57,976 nucleotides of DNA from an uncultured Candidatus Bathyarchaeia archaeon (lineage in GTDB: Archaea; Thermoproteota; Bathyarchaeia; TCS64). Position numbers and translations under genes: made by a program. Under the pieces are notes generated by a model, which saw only the letters and a program-made list of their open reading frames with translations, made no database searches and had not been told where the DNA came from. Every line of letters starts with the position of its first letter. The stretch's first letter is position 1. The stretch lies in assembly GCA_964537625.1 (NCBI GenBank), contig CAZIAF010000001.1, positions 1 through 57,976 of the forward strand. The letters are read 5' to 3'. Shown here one piece after another: positions 27,875 through 36,506 of this stretch.

Positions 27875-29263
27875 TTACTGGAGTTTCTCTTTTAATAACT
27901 TACCCAACACCTGAATCCCGCTAACGATTTCTTCCTCTGAAGGTAGACTATAGTTGAGACGCATGTAGTTGTGGATCGGCTTTGTGAAGAAGGGGCTCCC
28001 AGGGACGTAGGCGATGCCTTTAGCGACGGCATCCTTCAACACTTCATCAGTATTGAAGTCCCTTGGGAACTTAACCCAGAGGAAAAGCCCGCCCTTCGGT
28101 TCGTTCCACTTCGCTTTCCTGGGGAAGCTCGTTTCCATTGCCTCTAGCATTACATCCCTCTTCTTTCTGTAGACCTTTGTTACCTTTGGGATCTGTTTCT
28201 CTACATGTCCGCGTCTAAAGAGTTCAGCTGCAGCGTACTGACTGAGGCCATCGTTGCAGATGCTGATATTTCCCTTCGCTTCGCTCATATGACTTATGAG
28301 TTCGTGATTACCAGTGATCCAACCGATCCTCATTCCTGGTGAAACAATTTTGCTGAAGGTACTTGTGTACATGACCCTGCCAGACTTGTCTAATCCTGCG
28401 AGGGGCGTCGGCATTGGACCCTCGAAGCTGATGTAGCCGTAGGGATTGTCTTCGAAAATGATGAAGTCATGTCTTTCGGCGATTTCTAGTATCTGCATCC
28501 TCCGCTCCATCGTCATTAGACTGCTGTCCGGATTCTGGAAGCTTGGGATAATATAGAGCATCTTCGCATTCTTTCCAGCGGTTTTAAGCTTCTTTATTTT
28601 TTCTTCAAGTGCGTCTATATCCATTCCGTCGAAGTCGATTGGAACATCAACAAATCTTGGGCTCCTCTGTTTAAAGGCTGAGAGCGCTTGGAGGTATGTT
28701 GGTGCACCAACGAGGATTATATCACCCTTGTCAATGAAGACACGGGTAACGAGATCGATTGCCTCTTGGCTTCCAGTGGTGACGATGATCTCTTTCGAAG
28801 GATCGGCTTTGATCTTGTGACCCGCCATGAAAGTGGAGAGCTCCTTTAGCAGGCTAGGCATACCGTTTGTACCACCATACTGGAGCATCTCGGCCCAAGC
28901 CTGAGGTGAAGCCTCCTCGAATATTTTCTTCACCTCTACTGAAGGGAGACTAGGAACGTCATAGCTACCACCTGTGAATCTGATCAACTTGACTCCCGGC
29001 TTAGGTAGTAGTATCTGGTTCATGAGACCGGGTTCAAAAGTCGCGCCTAGTTTTGAGTAGAACTTTCTAGAGTCCAGCAACGCAATCGAAGACGCTAATG
29101 AGAATGATGTATTTACATCTATGCCCGAGAAAGTCTGGAACCTATCCCCCGAGGAATAATTATGGTATATTTCGACTCGAGTAAACCTTTTATCCACTAC
29201 AATCCAACTCTCAAAGAATCGAGGATGGTTAAGGCAGCGATTTTCAGCCTTATCCGTTTCCAT
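27875..29263 (-). CDS. PLP-dependent aminotransferase, class I/II (2-aminoadipate/aromatic aminotransferase-like)
   Basis: QYGGTNGMPSLLKEL, TGSQEAIDL and STFSKIVSPGMRIGW (PLP lysine). The start is uncertain (ATG 29263, TTG 29284, or downstream). Confidence 0.85.
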   Translation of the reverse strand: METDKAENRCLNHPRFFESWIVVDKRFTRVEIYHNYSSGDRFQTFSGIDVNTSFSLASSIALLDSRKFYSKLGATFEPGLMNQILLPKPGVKLIRFTGGSYDVPSLPSVEVKKIFEEASPQAWAEMLQYGGTNGMPSLLKELSTFMAGHKIKADPSKEIIVTTGSQEAIDLVTRVFIDKGDIILVGAPTYLQALSAFKQRSPRFVDVPIDFDGMDIDALEEKIKKLKTAGKNAKMLYIIPSFQNPDSSLMTMERRMQILEIAERHDFIIFEDNPYGYISFEGPMPTPLAGLDKSGRVMYTSTFSKIVSPGMRIGWITGNHELISHMSEAKGNISICNDGLSQYAAAELFRRGHVEKQIPKVTKVYRKKRDVMLEAMETSFPRKAKWNEPKGGLFLWVKFPRDFNTDEVLKDAVAKGIAYVPGSPFFTKPIHNYMRLNYSLPSEEEIVSGIQVLGKLLKEKLQ

Positions 29264-29297
29264 GTCTCGACTCTTTGTTCTCAATGAGGATGATAAA

Positions 29298-29858
29298 ATG
29301 GTAGAGGAAATTAGGCTCCACGGTCAAGGGGGTCAAGGTGTAGTAGCAGCTGGAGAACTCATCGCAATAGCCGCATCCTATGAGGGAAAGTTCTGCAGGG
29401 CTTTCCCAATGTACGGCTCTGCTCGTAGGGGGGCTCCTGTCCTTGCTTTCGCGCAGATCGGTGACGAATCGGAAGCCACCCGGTCCATGATCTATTACCC
29501 AAAGTACCTAATGATCCTCGACCCACCTATGCCGGAGATTATGGACGTTACATCGGGATTGATCGAGGGAGGCATCGTGATATACAACACCTCAAAGTCC
29601 GCAGCTGAGGCTGTCAAGTTCTACAGGACAAAGCTCAGTATGATCGCAGTTATTGATGCGACTGGAATTGCCCAGAGGACGATTGGTCGCCCCATCCCGA
29701 ATACGGTGATGCTCGGAGCCTTCGCTAAGGCGACCGGTATTCTCAAGATGGAATCCATCAACAAGGCTATAGATAAACGGTTCCCACCCAAACTCGCCTC
29801 CACTAATAAGGACGCCGCCAAGATAGGCTACGAAACCGTCGAGGTAAAGACCTTCTGA
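29298..29858 (+). CDS. 2-oxoacid:ferredoxin oxidoreductase, gamma subunit
   Basis: MVEEIRLHGQGGQGVVAAGELIA...FPMYGSARRGAPV. ATG 29298 is preceded by GAGGATGA. Confidence 0.9.
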   Translation: MVEEIRLHGQGGQGVVAAGELIAIAASYEGKFCRAFPMYGSARRGAPVLAFAQIGDESEATRSMIYYPKYLMILDPPMPEIMDVTSGLIEGGIVIYNTSKSAAEAVKFYRTKLSMIAVIDATGIAQRTIGRPIPNTVMLGAFAKATGILKMESINKAIDKRFPPKLASTNKDAAKIGYETVEVKTF

Positions 29859-29859
29859 T

Positions 29860-30153
29860 GTGAAAAAGATGAATCATGATAAGAACTCGATAAAGGGATT
29901 TTCCCTAGCAGACCTGACAATCAGAGGAGGCCAGTACGTCGCCAATTGGCGCGTCCTTGCGCCTGAGATCGATAATGAGAAATGCATTGCCTGCAGTCTC
30001 TGCGGGACGTACTGTCCCGAAGGCGCGATCCAAACCAAACCACATGAGAAGCCCAAGATCGACATGCGTTTCTGCAAGGGATGCGGAGTTTGCGCTAACG
30101 AGTGTCCACAGAAGGCGATTGATATGAAACGTGAATTGGAGGTAAAAAAATAA
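29860..30153 (+). CDS. 2-oxoacid:ferredoxin oxidoreductase, delta subunit (2x[4Fe-4S] ferredoxin)
   Basis: CIACSLCGTYCPEGA and CKGCGVCANECPQKA. The start is GTG 29860 or ATG 29869. Confidence 0.9.
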   Translation: MKKMNHDKNSIKGFSLADLTIRGGQYVANWRVLAPEIDNEKCIACSLCGTYCPEGAIQTKPHEKPKIDMRFCKGCGVCANECPQKAIDMKRELEVKK

Positions 30154-32252
30154 TGCCTGACTTTGATGTAATGCCTGGAAACAAAGCCCTAGCTACAGGC
30201 GTAAAACTCGCCAGGGTAGAGGTCATACCCGCTTACCCGATCACTCCTCAAACGACGATAATCGAATACCTCGCTGACTTCGTAGCTAACGGTGAACTTG
30301 ACGCGGAGTACATACACGCGGATGGCGAACACAGCGCGATGGCGATGGCGGTTGGTGCAAGCATGGTCGGTGCCCGCACCTTCACCGCAACCTGTAGTGA
30401 AGGTCTCGGCTACATGCACGAGATTGTCGCACAGGCAGTTAATTACAGAACACCACTCCTCCTCGGCGTAGCAAACCGTACCCTCGGCTGGTACTGGAGT
30501 TTAGGTCCCGACTACAGCGACATAATGCCGGAACTTAATCTAGGCTGGCTTATCCACTTCGCGGAGACGAACCAGGAAGTACTTGACATGACCCTTCAGC
30601 TCTACAAGATAGCTGAAGACTACCGCGTGTTACTTCCCACTATGATGAGCCTCGACGGTTTCTACCTCAGCTACAGTCAGGAAAGGGTCTGGCTCCCAGA
30701 GCAGCATGTGGTCGACGAGTGGCTGCCTCCATACAAGGCACCCTACCCAGTGGACCCAACGATCAACGACAAGTACCCCTCATCAACGATTCCGCCTGCG
30801 CTCCACACAACCTTCAGACGACTCTATGAGGAAGTCCTACAAGACAGTAGAAAAGTAATCAACGAGGTCGACAAGAGCTTTGGGGAGACATTCGGGAGGC
30901 ACTACGGTAGTCTTATCGAGGAGTACCGGACCAATGGAGCCGAATCACTGCTCGTTACTATGGGAAGCATGACGACGGCTGCAAGGAGGGCTATCGATAA
31001 ACTACGTAACGAGGGTGAGAAAATCGGTCTCGTTAAGCTCAGATTCATGAGACCTTTCCCCGATGAGGAGTTCCGACTGATCACAAAGGGTGTTAAGAGC
31101 ATCGGCGTCGTCGACAGAATGATGCTCCACGGAACCCGTGGCGGGGGAGCTTTCCAAGATCTGAAGGGTGCCCTCTATGCCACCGAGACGAAAGTTCCCA
31201 TCAAGGGTTTCGTCACGGGTATGGGAGGTGAGGATATTCCAATCGAGGATATGTATATGATGGGCAAGAAAACCCTTCAGGTCGCTAAGACTAGACGCCT
31301 CGACAAGGAGGTCGAGTTCATTGAGCACAAGTCACAGATGATAGCTAACCCCGTCGAAATCGAGCAGACTGAGTCCATCTTCCCCGGCAGCGATGGCTGC
31401 GCGGGTTGTGGGGCTAGTATAATTGTTCGGCATGTCCTCAATATCCTTGGTAAGAATACCGTTGTCATCAATCCACCGAGTTGTAGTGGCGTCAACTATA
31501 GCACTGTCGTTAAAATACCGTGGATCCTCGCAAACTTTGCGGCGGGTGCAGCCTACGAAACTGGGGTCTTCCGCGCCCTGAGGAAAAAAGGGAAGGCGGA
31601 CAAAGTCTATGTCACAAGCTTCGCCGGAGACGGCGGCACCGCCGACATTGGGCTTCAGAGTCTAAGCGGTGCAGCTGAAAGGGGTGAGAGCTTCATTTGG
31701 CTCTGCTACGATAATGAGGCTTACATGAATACTGGCATCCAGAGGAGTGGCTCGACGCCTCTTTTTAGTGCTACATCGACGACGCCGGTTGGTAAGGTTT
31801 GGTCTGGGAAGCAGATGCGACGGAAGAATCTGGAGATGATTATGGCCGCCCATAGAATCCCCTATATTGCGACTGGGAGCCTCAGCTATCTCCCAGACTT
31901 GGAGAGAAAGATCCGGAAGGCCGCAGAGATTACCCGTGCAGGGAAGGGGTTAGCTTTCCTCCACATCCAGCAACCATGCGCTACGGGGTGGTACTTCCCT
32001 GAGAGCAAAACAGTGGAGGTGGGGAAGCTAGCGGTTCAGACTGGAGCCTGGCCTCTGATGGAGATTGAGGGGGGCAACTTCAAGCTGAACTTCAAGCCAA
32101 AGGAGCTTCGCCCCATCGCTGAGTACCTCAAACCACAGCAGAGGTTTCGTCACTTGAATGATGAGCAGATCGAGCTTCTCCAGAAAGACGCTACAGCGGA
32201 GTGGAACATGCTGCTGGAGATGGAGAAGAGGGGTAGGTTCCCCGGTTACTAA
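30153..32252 (+). CDS. 2-oxoacid:ferredoxin oxidoreductase, fused alpha + beta subunits
   Basis: Residues 1 to about 390 are alpha-like (AYPITPQTTIIEYL, GEHSAMAMAVGAS). Residues from about 396 to 699 are beta-like (PGSDGCAGCG, AGDGGTADIG TPP motif, YDNEAYMNTGIQ). It is a single uninterrupted 699-codon frame. Confidence 0.9.
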   Translation: MPDFDVMPGNKALATGVKLARVEVIPAYPITPQTTIIEYLADFVANGELDAEYIHADGEHSAMAMAVGASMVGARTFTATCSEGLGYMHEIVAQAVNYRTPLLLGVANRTLGWYWSLGPDYSDIMPELNLGWLIHFAETNQEVLDMTLQLYKIAEDYRVLLPTMMSLDGFYLSYSQERVWLPEQHVVDEWLPPYKAPYPVDPTINDKYPSSTIPPALHTTFRRLYEEVLQDSRKVINEVDKSFGETFGRHYGSLIEEYRTNGAESLLVTMGSMTTAARRAIDKLRNEGEKIGLVKLRFMRPFPDEEFRLITKGVKSIGVVDRMMLHGTRGGGAFQDLKGALYATETKVPIKGFVTGMGGEDIPIEDMYMMGKKTLQVAKTRRLDKEVEFIEHKSQMIANPVEIEQTESIFPGSDGCAGCGASIIVRHVLNILGKNTVVINPPSCSGVNYSTVVKIPWILANFAAGAAYETGVFRALRKKGKADKVYVTSFAGDGGTADIGLQSLSGAAERGESFIWLCYDNEAYMNTGIQRSGSTPLFSATSTTPVGKVWSGKQMRRKNLEMIMAAHRIPYIATGSLSYLPDLERKIRKAAEITRAGKGLAFLHIQQPCATGWYFPESKTVEVGKLAVQTGAWPLMEIEGGNFKLNFKPKELRPIAEYLKPQQRFRHLNDEQIELLQKDATAEWNMLLEMEKRGRFPGY

Positions 32253-32266
32253 ACCATATATCCCTT

Positions 32267-33418
32267 TTATATCACTACTCTGCCAATGGCAAAGGCGGTT
32301 TGATGAGTTTTTTCGGCTTGCACCTGTTTACCATTTACAACTGCGTTGATCTCTTCCATGAGGCGGCTGCCACACTCCTGAATAGTCTCTTCCCCGAGCA
32401 AGACAGGGCTTGCGTCGAAGTCGATGATATCCTCTAGCTTGTCAACAGTCTTCTTAGTTGCAGTTATCTTAACGACGGGAGCAAGTGGAGACCCTATGGG
32501 ATTTCCTCCTCCAGTAGTATAGGCGAGGATCTGAGCTCCGGAGGTGAGCATATCCGCAGCCGCGCAAGCACCTATGCCAAGGCTTGTGTTCATAACCCAG
32601 AGCCCCTTACCTGTGATCCTTTCCCCGGGGACAAGAACTCCCCTGATCCTCGTGGTTCCTCCCTTTCTTACTCCTCCGAGACTCTTCTCTACGAGGGTTG
32701 TAAGACCACCGATAATATTACCGGGCGTTGGGTTTGCTTCTCTGAGGCTGTGTCCCATGCGTTTATAATGCTCTTCGAGCTTGTCAGTCATAGCGATGAT
32801 CTCGTCGCCGATCTCTTTCTTTGCAGTGCGTCTTGCTACGAGACCGGCGGCACCATAAAGTCCCGCTGTCTCCCCTATGATAACGGCGCCTCCAAGCGCA
32901 ATAAGTCTATCCGCCATAGCGCCTACCGCCGGGTTAGAGGCGATTCCTGAGCCGGTATCACTACTTCCGCATTGTGTGGCGATGGTGATCTCATCTATCC
33001 CTATCGGTGTCCTCTGCGCATATGATGCCTCCTTCTCTAACTCCTCGATGATTGCTATCCCAATCCTAACAGCCTTGGTGTTACCCCCCTCGTCGTGGAT
33101 CCTTAGATAGCGGGCGGGTTTGTCTCCTGCCTTCTTAGCCAGTATTTCGGCGTCGATCTGTTCACAGCCGAGGCCAACGGTGAGGACGGCTCCTATATTG
33201 GGGTGGTTTACAACGCCTTCCAGGATCCGAAGGGTGTGCTCCTTCTCAGAGCCGAGTTGTCCGCATCCACCCTCATGAGGGAAGACGTTAGCTCCGGTTG
33301 CTTCAGCTATGTTTCTAGCAACTGAGGCACTGCAAAGGACCGTAGGTACAACGGCGATATAGTTACGGATACCTGCTCTCCCATCCGATCTTCTGTAGCC
33401 CATGAAAGTGGTTTTCAT
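32267..33418 (-). CDS. UxaA/GarD-family hydro-lyase, large (catalytic) subunit
   Basis: 383 aa: FMGYRRSDGRAGIRNYIAVVPTVLCSASVA...HEGGCGQ. Confidence 0.85.
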   Translation of the reverse strand: MKTTFMGYRRSDGRAGIRNYIAVVPTVLCSASVARNIAEATGANVFPHEGGCGQLGSEKEHTLRILEGVVNHPNIGAVLTVGLGCEQIDAEILAKKAGDKPARYLRIHDEGGNTKAVRIGIAIIEELEKEASYAQRTPIGIDEITIATQCGSSDTGSGIASNPAVGAMADRLIALGGAVIIGETAGLYGAAGLVARRTAKKEIGDEIIAMTDKLEEHYKRMGHSLREANPTPGNIIGGLTTLVEKSLGGVRKGGTTRIRGVLVPGERITGKGLWVMNTSLGIGACAAADMLTSGAQILAYTTGGGNPIGSPLAPVVKITATKKTVDKLEDIIDFDASPVLLGEETIQECGSRLMEEINAVVNGKQVQAEKTHQTAFAIGRVVI

Positions 33419-33699
33419 CTCTTTCTCACCTCATCAACGATATCCTCGACGTTATGGACGTGGACGTGGTCGCCCACAAGTATCCTGGTCTTGGCTCGCC
33501 CAATCCATTCACCATATTTTACTATGTAGCCGCCTCTCATTATCTCAGTTAAAGCAAATTTATGCCCCTCAGGGATTGTTTTAAGAAGGGTGATCCTGCC
33601 TTTTTCTGTCTCTATCACCTCTCCCTTCTCAATTGCTTCAACGACGGTTGCTACATTGTCCCTCTCGTCAACTATGACGTATCGACGTCTTCCTATCAT
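33415..33699 (-). CDS. UxaA/GarD-family hydro-lyase, small SAF-domain subunit
   Basis: 94 aa: VIVDERDNVATVVEAIEKGE...IPEGHKFAL...GEWIGRA. It overlaps the large-subunit start by 4 nt. Confidence 0.85.
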   Translation of the reverse strand: MIGRRRYVIVDERDNVATVVEAIEKGEVIETEKGRITLLKTIPEGHKFALTEIMRGGYIVKYGEWIGRAKTRILVGDHVHVHNVEDIVDEVRKR

Positions 33700-33743
33700 C
33701 CTCTACGCCTCTGTCAACTGTAAACTAGTATCCTATCCTTATC

Positions 33744-33768
33744 GTTTAAGTGATCAATAGTTTAAGTG
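33744..33768. promoter_or_regulatory. Direct repeat GTTTAAGTG-N7-GTTTAAGTG in the divergent promoter between the SAF/UxaA and DUF917 genes
   Basis: Read directly: 33744-33752 and 33760-33768 are identical 9-mers, 16 bp centre to centre. Confidence 0.3.
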
Positions 33769-33805
33769 TTAAATCTGAAGGCATTTGATTTTACTCTGGA
33801 TAAAA

Positions 33806-34864
33806 ATGCCTAGAAAGATCACTGTCGAAGATGTCGAGGCTTTAACAATTGGTGGAACTATTCTGGGTGGTGGCGGAGGAGGCTGGCCCGAGGAGGGTCG
33901 AGCTGCGGGAATGTTAGCGATAGAATTAGGTGGAGTCGAACTCTGGTCTCCTGAGGAAACTCCTATGGATTGGAGGGTTATCACTGTCGCTGCGCTGGGG
34001 GCTCCGACTGAAAGGGGAGCTACAAAAGCGCGTCACTTCATCCGTGCCGTACAGTTACTCTGGGAGGCAGGTGTCGAGTTCGACGGCATCATTGCCGCTG
34101 AGAACGGAGGTCAGAACAGCTTCGGCGGATGGATACCTGCTGCCGCACTTGGGCTACCTGTTGTAGACATCCCTGGTGACGGTCGTGCTCACCCGACTGC
34201 AATGATGGGAAGCATGGGTATCCACCGGATCGACTACCACTCGGTAAAAGCGGGCGCCACAGAGGGGTCGGAGATGATTTGCTGGGGAACTCTGCAGAGA
34301 ACTAGTAACCAGATTAGGTTCATGGCAGGGGACTGTAAAGCGCTCATTGCTATGGCAAGAGATCCGATCCCCGTCGAATGGTGCTTGGAGCATGGTGCTC
34401 CTGGCGCCATCCAGCAGGCTATCGACCTCGGCAAGGTTTACCACAAGGCGAAGAAAGGTGAAACAGCTGTAAAGGCGGCAGTCAAGTTCCTAGATGGCGA
34501 GGTCCTCGAGAAGGGAAAGATAGTTGATATGAAGACCGAGGCGAAGGGAGGCTTCGACGTCGGCCTCATGACAATTAAGGGAGAGCGAACTTGGGAGCTT
34601 GGCTATGTTAACGAATACATGACCTTGGAAAGTGGGGGAAAGAGACTCGCGACTTTCCCCGACTTGATGACCACATTCGACGCTGAGGGGAGCCCCGTCA
34701 CTAGCGCCGCGTTGAAGCAGGGAGACGATGTCTACCTCGTTAAGGTACCTAAAGAGAAGATCAAGGTTGGCGATGGAAACAGGTATCCCGAGATCTACGA
34801 TCCAGTCGAGAAGGCGCTAGGAAAACCAATGGTCAAATATCTCAAAGGCTACCTCAAATCATAA
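33806..34864 (+). CDS. DUF917-family protein
   Basis: 352 aa. EALTIGGTILGGGGGGWPEEG and the overall pattern match DUF917. ATG at 33806. Confidence 0.75.
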   Translation: MPRKITVEDVEALTIGGTILGGGGGGWPEEGRAAGMLAIELGGVELWSPEETPMDWRVITVAALGAPTERGATKARHFIRAVQLLWEAGVEFDGIIAAENGGQNSFGGWIPAAALGLPVVDIPGDGRAHPTAMMGSMGIHRIDYHSVKAGATEGSEMICWGTLQRTSNQIRFMAGDCKALIAMARDPIPVEWCLEHGAPGAIQQAIDLGKVYHKAKKGETAVKAAVKFLDGEVLEKGKIVDMKTEAKGGFDVGLMTIKGERTWELGYVNEYMTLESGGKRLATFPDLMTTFDAEGSPVTSAALKQGDDVYLVKVPKEKIKVGDGNRYPEIYDPVEKALGKPMVKYLKGYLKS

Positions 34865-34914
34865 TTTTTACTTTATGCGCTCCTATTGCATTAGACTAGG
34901 TAGGGGAAAGCGCT

Positions 34915-35889
34915 CTAAAAGTCTCTCTCCATCAAAGTAAGTTTCTGGTAGCAGCCTCTCTTCTCAGCTTTCCTGTAGACATAGTCAGCGACGATGACAT
35001 CTTCTAGGGCTAGGCCGATGTTGATGGCGAGGATACGTTCCTTATTGTTCTCCCTGCCTTTTTTCTTACCTGCTACGATCTCACAGAGTTCCGCATATAG
35101 CTTTGGTATTCCGTCTGGGAAGGCTCCCTGCTCATGGAAGTGGATTGTCTGGTCCCAGCTGTCGGTGACGAATTTATCCGCTTTCAGGATAGCATCGCCA
35201 TACCAAGCTCTGCTCGCTTCAAGTCCCATTCCAAGTGCCCCTGGTTTGAACCATTCGTTCTTGACTAAGGGCTTGGCAAGCCGCTGCGTCGCAGTGAGTA
35301 TGATATCTGAGTTTTTAGCAGCTTCTTCGACGCTAGTGACGGGTGTGATCTCGACCCCTGTCTCCCCTTCGAGGTCCGTCTTGTATCTCTTTGAGGTCTC
35401 AAGATTGATGTCGTAGGCCTTTACATTAACGAGTGTTGGGATGATCTCCTTGAGAGCGATCAGATTCATCCTCCCCTGAACCCCGCAGCCAATGACTCCG
35501 AAGGACTTTGAGTCCTTCAAGGCGCAGTACTTCGCAGTGACAGCAGAGACTGCAGCGGTTCGCACTGCTGTAATCCATCTGCAGTCCATTATCGCGGTTG
35601 GGAGCCCCGTCTCCATGTTGTTTGTGATCATCACGCCTAGAATCTGAGGGAGTCCCAGCTCCCTGTTGCTCGGATAGCCACTTACCCACTTGATACCGCC
35701 GATCCCTAGCTTCCGGTAGTACGCTGGCATCGCATGGATGAAGCTATCAGGTTTCGCGTGTATTCCCGGCTTCGGCGGGTTCTCAACATAGCCTAACCCT
35801 TGCTCCTTGAGGCCTTTCTCCACAAGCAGAATAATCTCCTTAAGCGGAATATCCATGTCTAGAATATCTTCTTGTGAAAGATACAGCAT
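34915..35889 (-). CDS. Ornithine cyclodeaminase / mu-crystallin-family NAD(P) enzyme
   Basis: MLYLSQEDILDM...MPAYY..., Rossmann GVIGCGVQG. ATG at 35889. Confidence 0.85.
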   Translation of the reverse strand: MLYLSQEDILDMDIPLKEIILLVEKGLKEQGLGYVENPPKPGIHAKPDSFIHAMPAYYRKLGIGGIKWVSGYPSNRELGLPQILGVMITNNMETGLPTAIMDCRWITAVRTAAVSAVTAKYCALKDSKSFGVIGCGVQGRMNLIALKEIIPTLVNVKAYDINLETSKRYKTDLEGETGVEITPVTSVEEAAKNSDIILTATQRLAKPLVKNEWFKPGALGMGLEASRAWYGDAILKADKFVTDSWDQTIHFHEQGAFPDGIPKLYAELCEIVAGKKKGRENNKERILAINIGLALEDVIVADYVYRKAEKRGCYQKLTLMERDF

Positions 35890-36056
35890 CTCAACGCGTT
35901 TCAAAACGAGGCACCTACTTCATCTTAAGGGGATCTAGAATTAGTAATTTTTCAAGTTACGACGGGAGTATCGATATGTGTAGCATATACGCCAGCCGCT
36001 TCCCTAATACAGCAGTTGAAATTAGAGGTCCTACAGTAGTAAACGTTTGTAAGTGA

Positions 36057-36506
36057 TTATGGAATGAGGCCAAAATCCTCCTTTATTGTGTTTAGAACGA
36101 GGTGGGTCTTCGTCCGCTCTACATGGGGTACAGTTAATAACTTTTTTGTAAAGTCGCTAAGTTCTTTTCGGGTTCGGAACTTCCCGATGATCATGAGGTC
36201 GCTGTCTCCAGTGATATTATAGACCCCAGTCGCTTGGCTCATCTTAGCGATGACCTCCCCGACTTCAATCATCCTCCCCTCAGATACTATGATCTCCGTA
36301 ATAGCAGTCAGTTCAAATCCGAGTTTTTCATAGTCGAGTAGAGCCCCATAACGACGTATGACTCCAGTGTCCTCCAGCTCTTTGAGTCTGGATGCAACTG
36401 TTCCGGATGAGACACCAATTTTCCGTGCGACTTCACGAATTGACTGACGTGAATCCCTTAGATATTCCTCAAGGACCTTCGATGAGATATCGTCTGACAG
36501 ATCGAT
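36057..36506 (-). CDS. Lrp/AsnC-family transcriptional regulator with no canonical start codon (the track shows only its C-terminal 71 aa)
   Basis: My translation of the open frame above the track's ATG (36272) gives IDLSDDISSKVLEEYLRDSRQSIREVARKIGVSSGTVASRLKELEDTGVIRRYGALLDYEKLGFELTAITEIIVSEGR-MIEVGEV... This is a full HTH_AsnC plus RAM architecture. The frame is bounded upstream by TGA at 36509-36507. Confidence 0.7.
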   Translation of the reverse strand: MDLSDDISSKVLEEYLRDSRQSIREVARKIGVSSGTVASRLKELEDTGVIRRYGALLDYEKLGFELTAITEIIVSEGRMIEVGEVIAKMSQATGVYNITGDSDLMIIGKFRTRKELSDFTKKLLTVPHVERTKTHLVLNTIKEDFGLIP

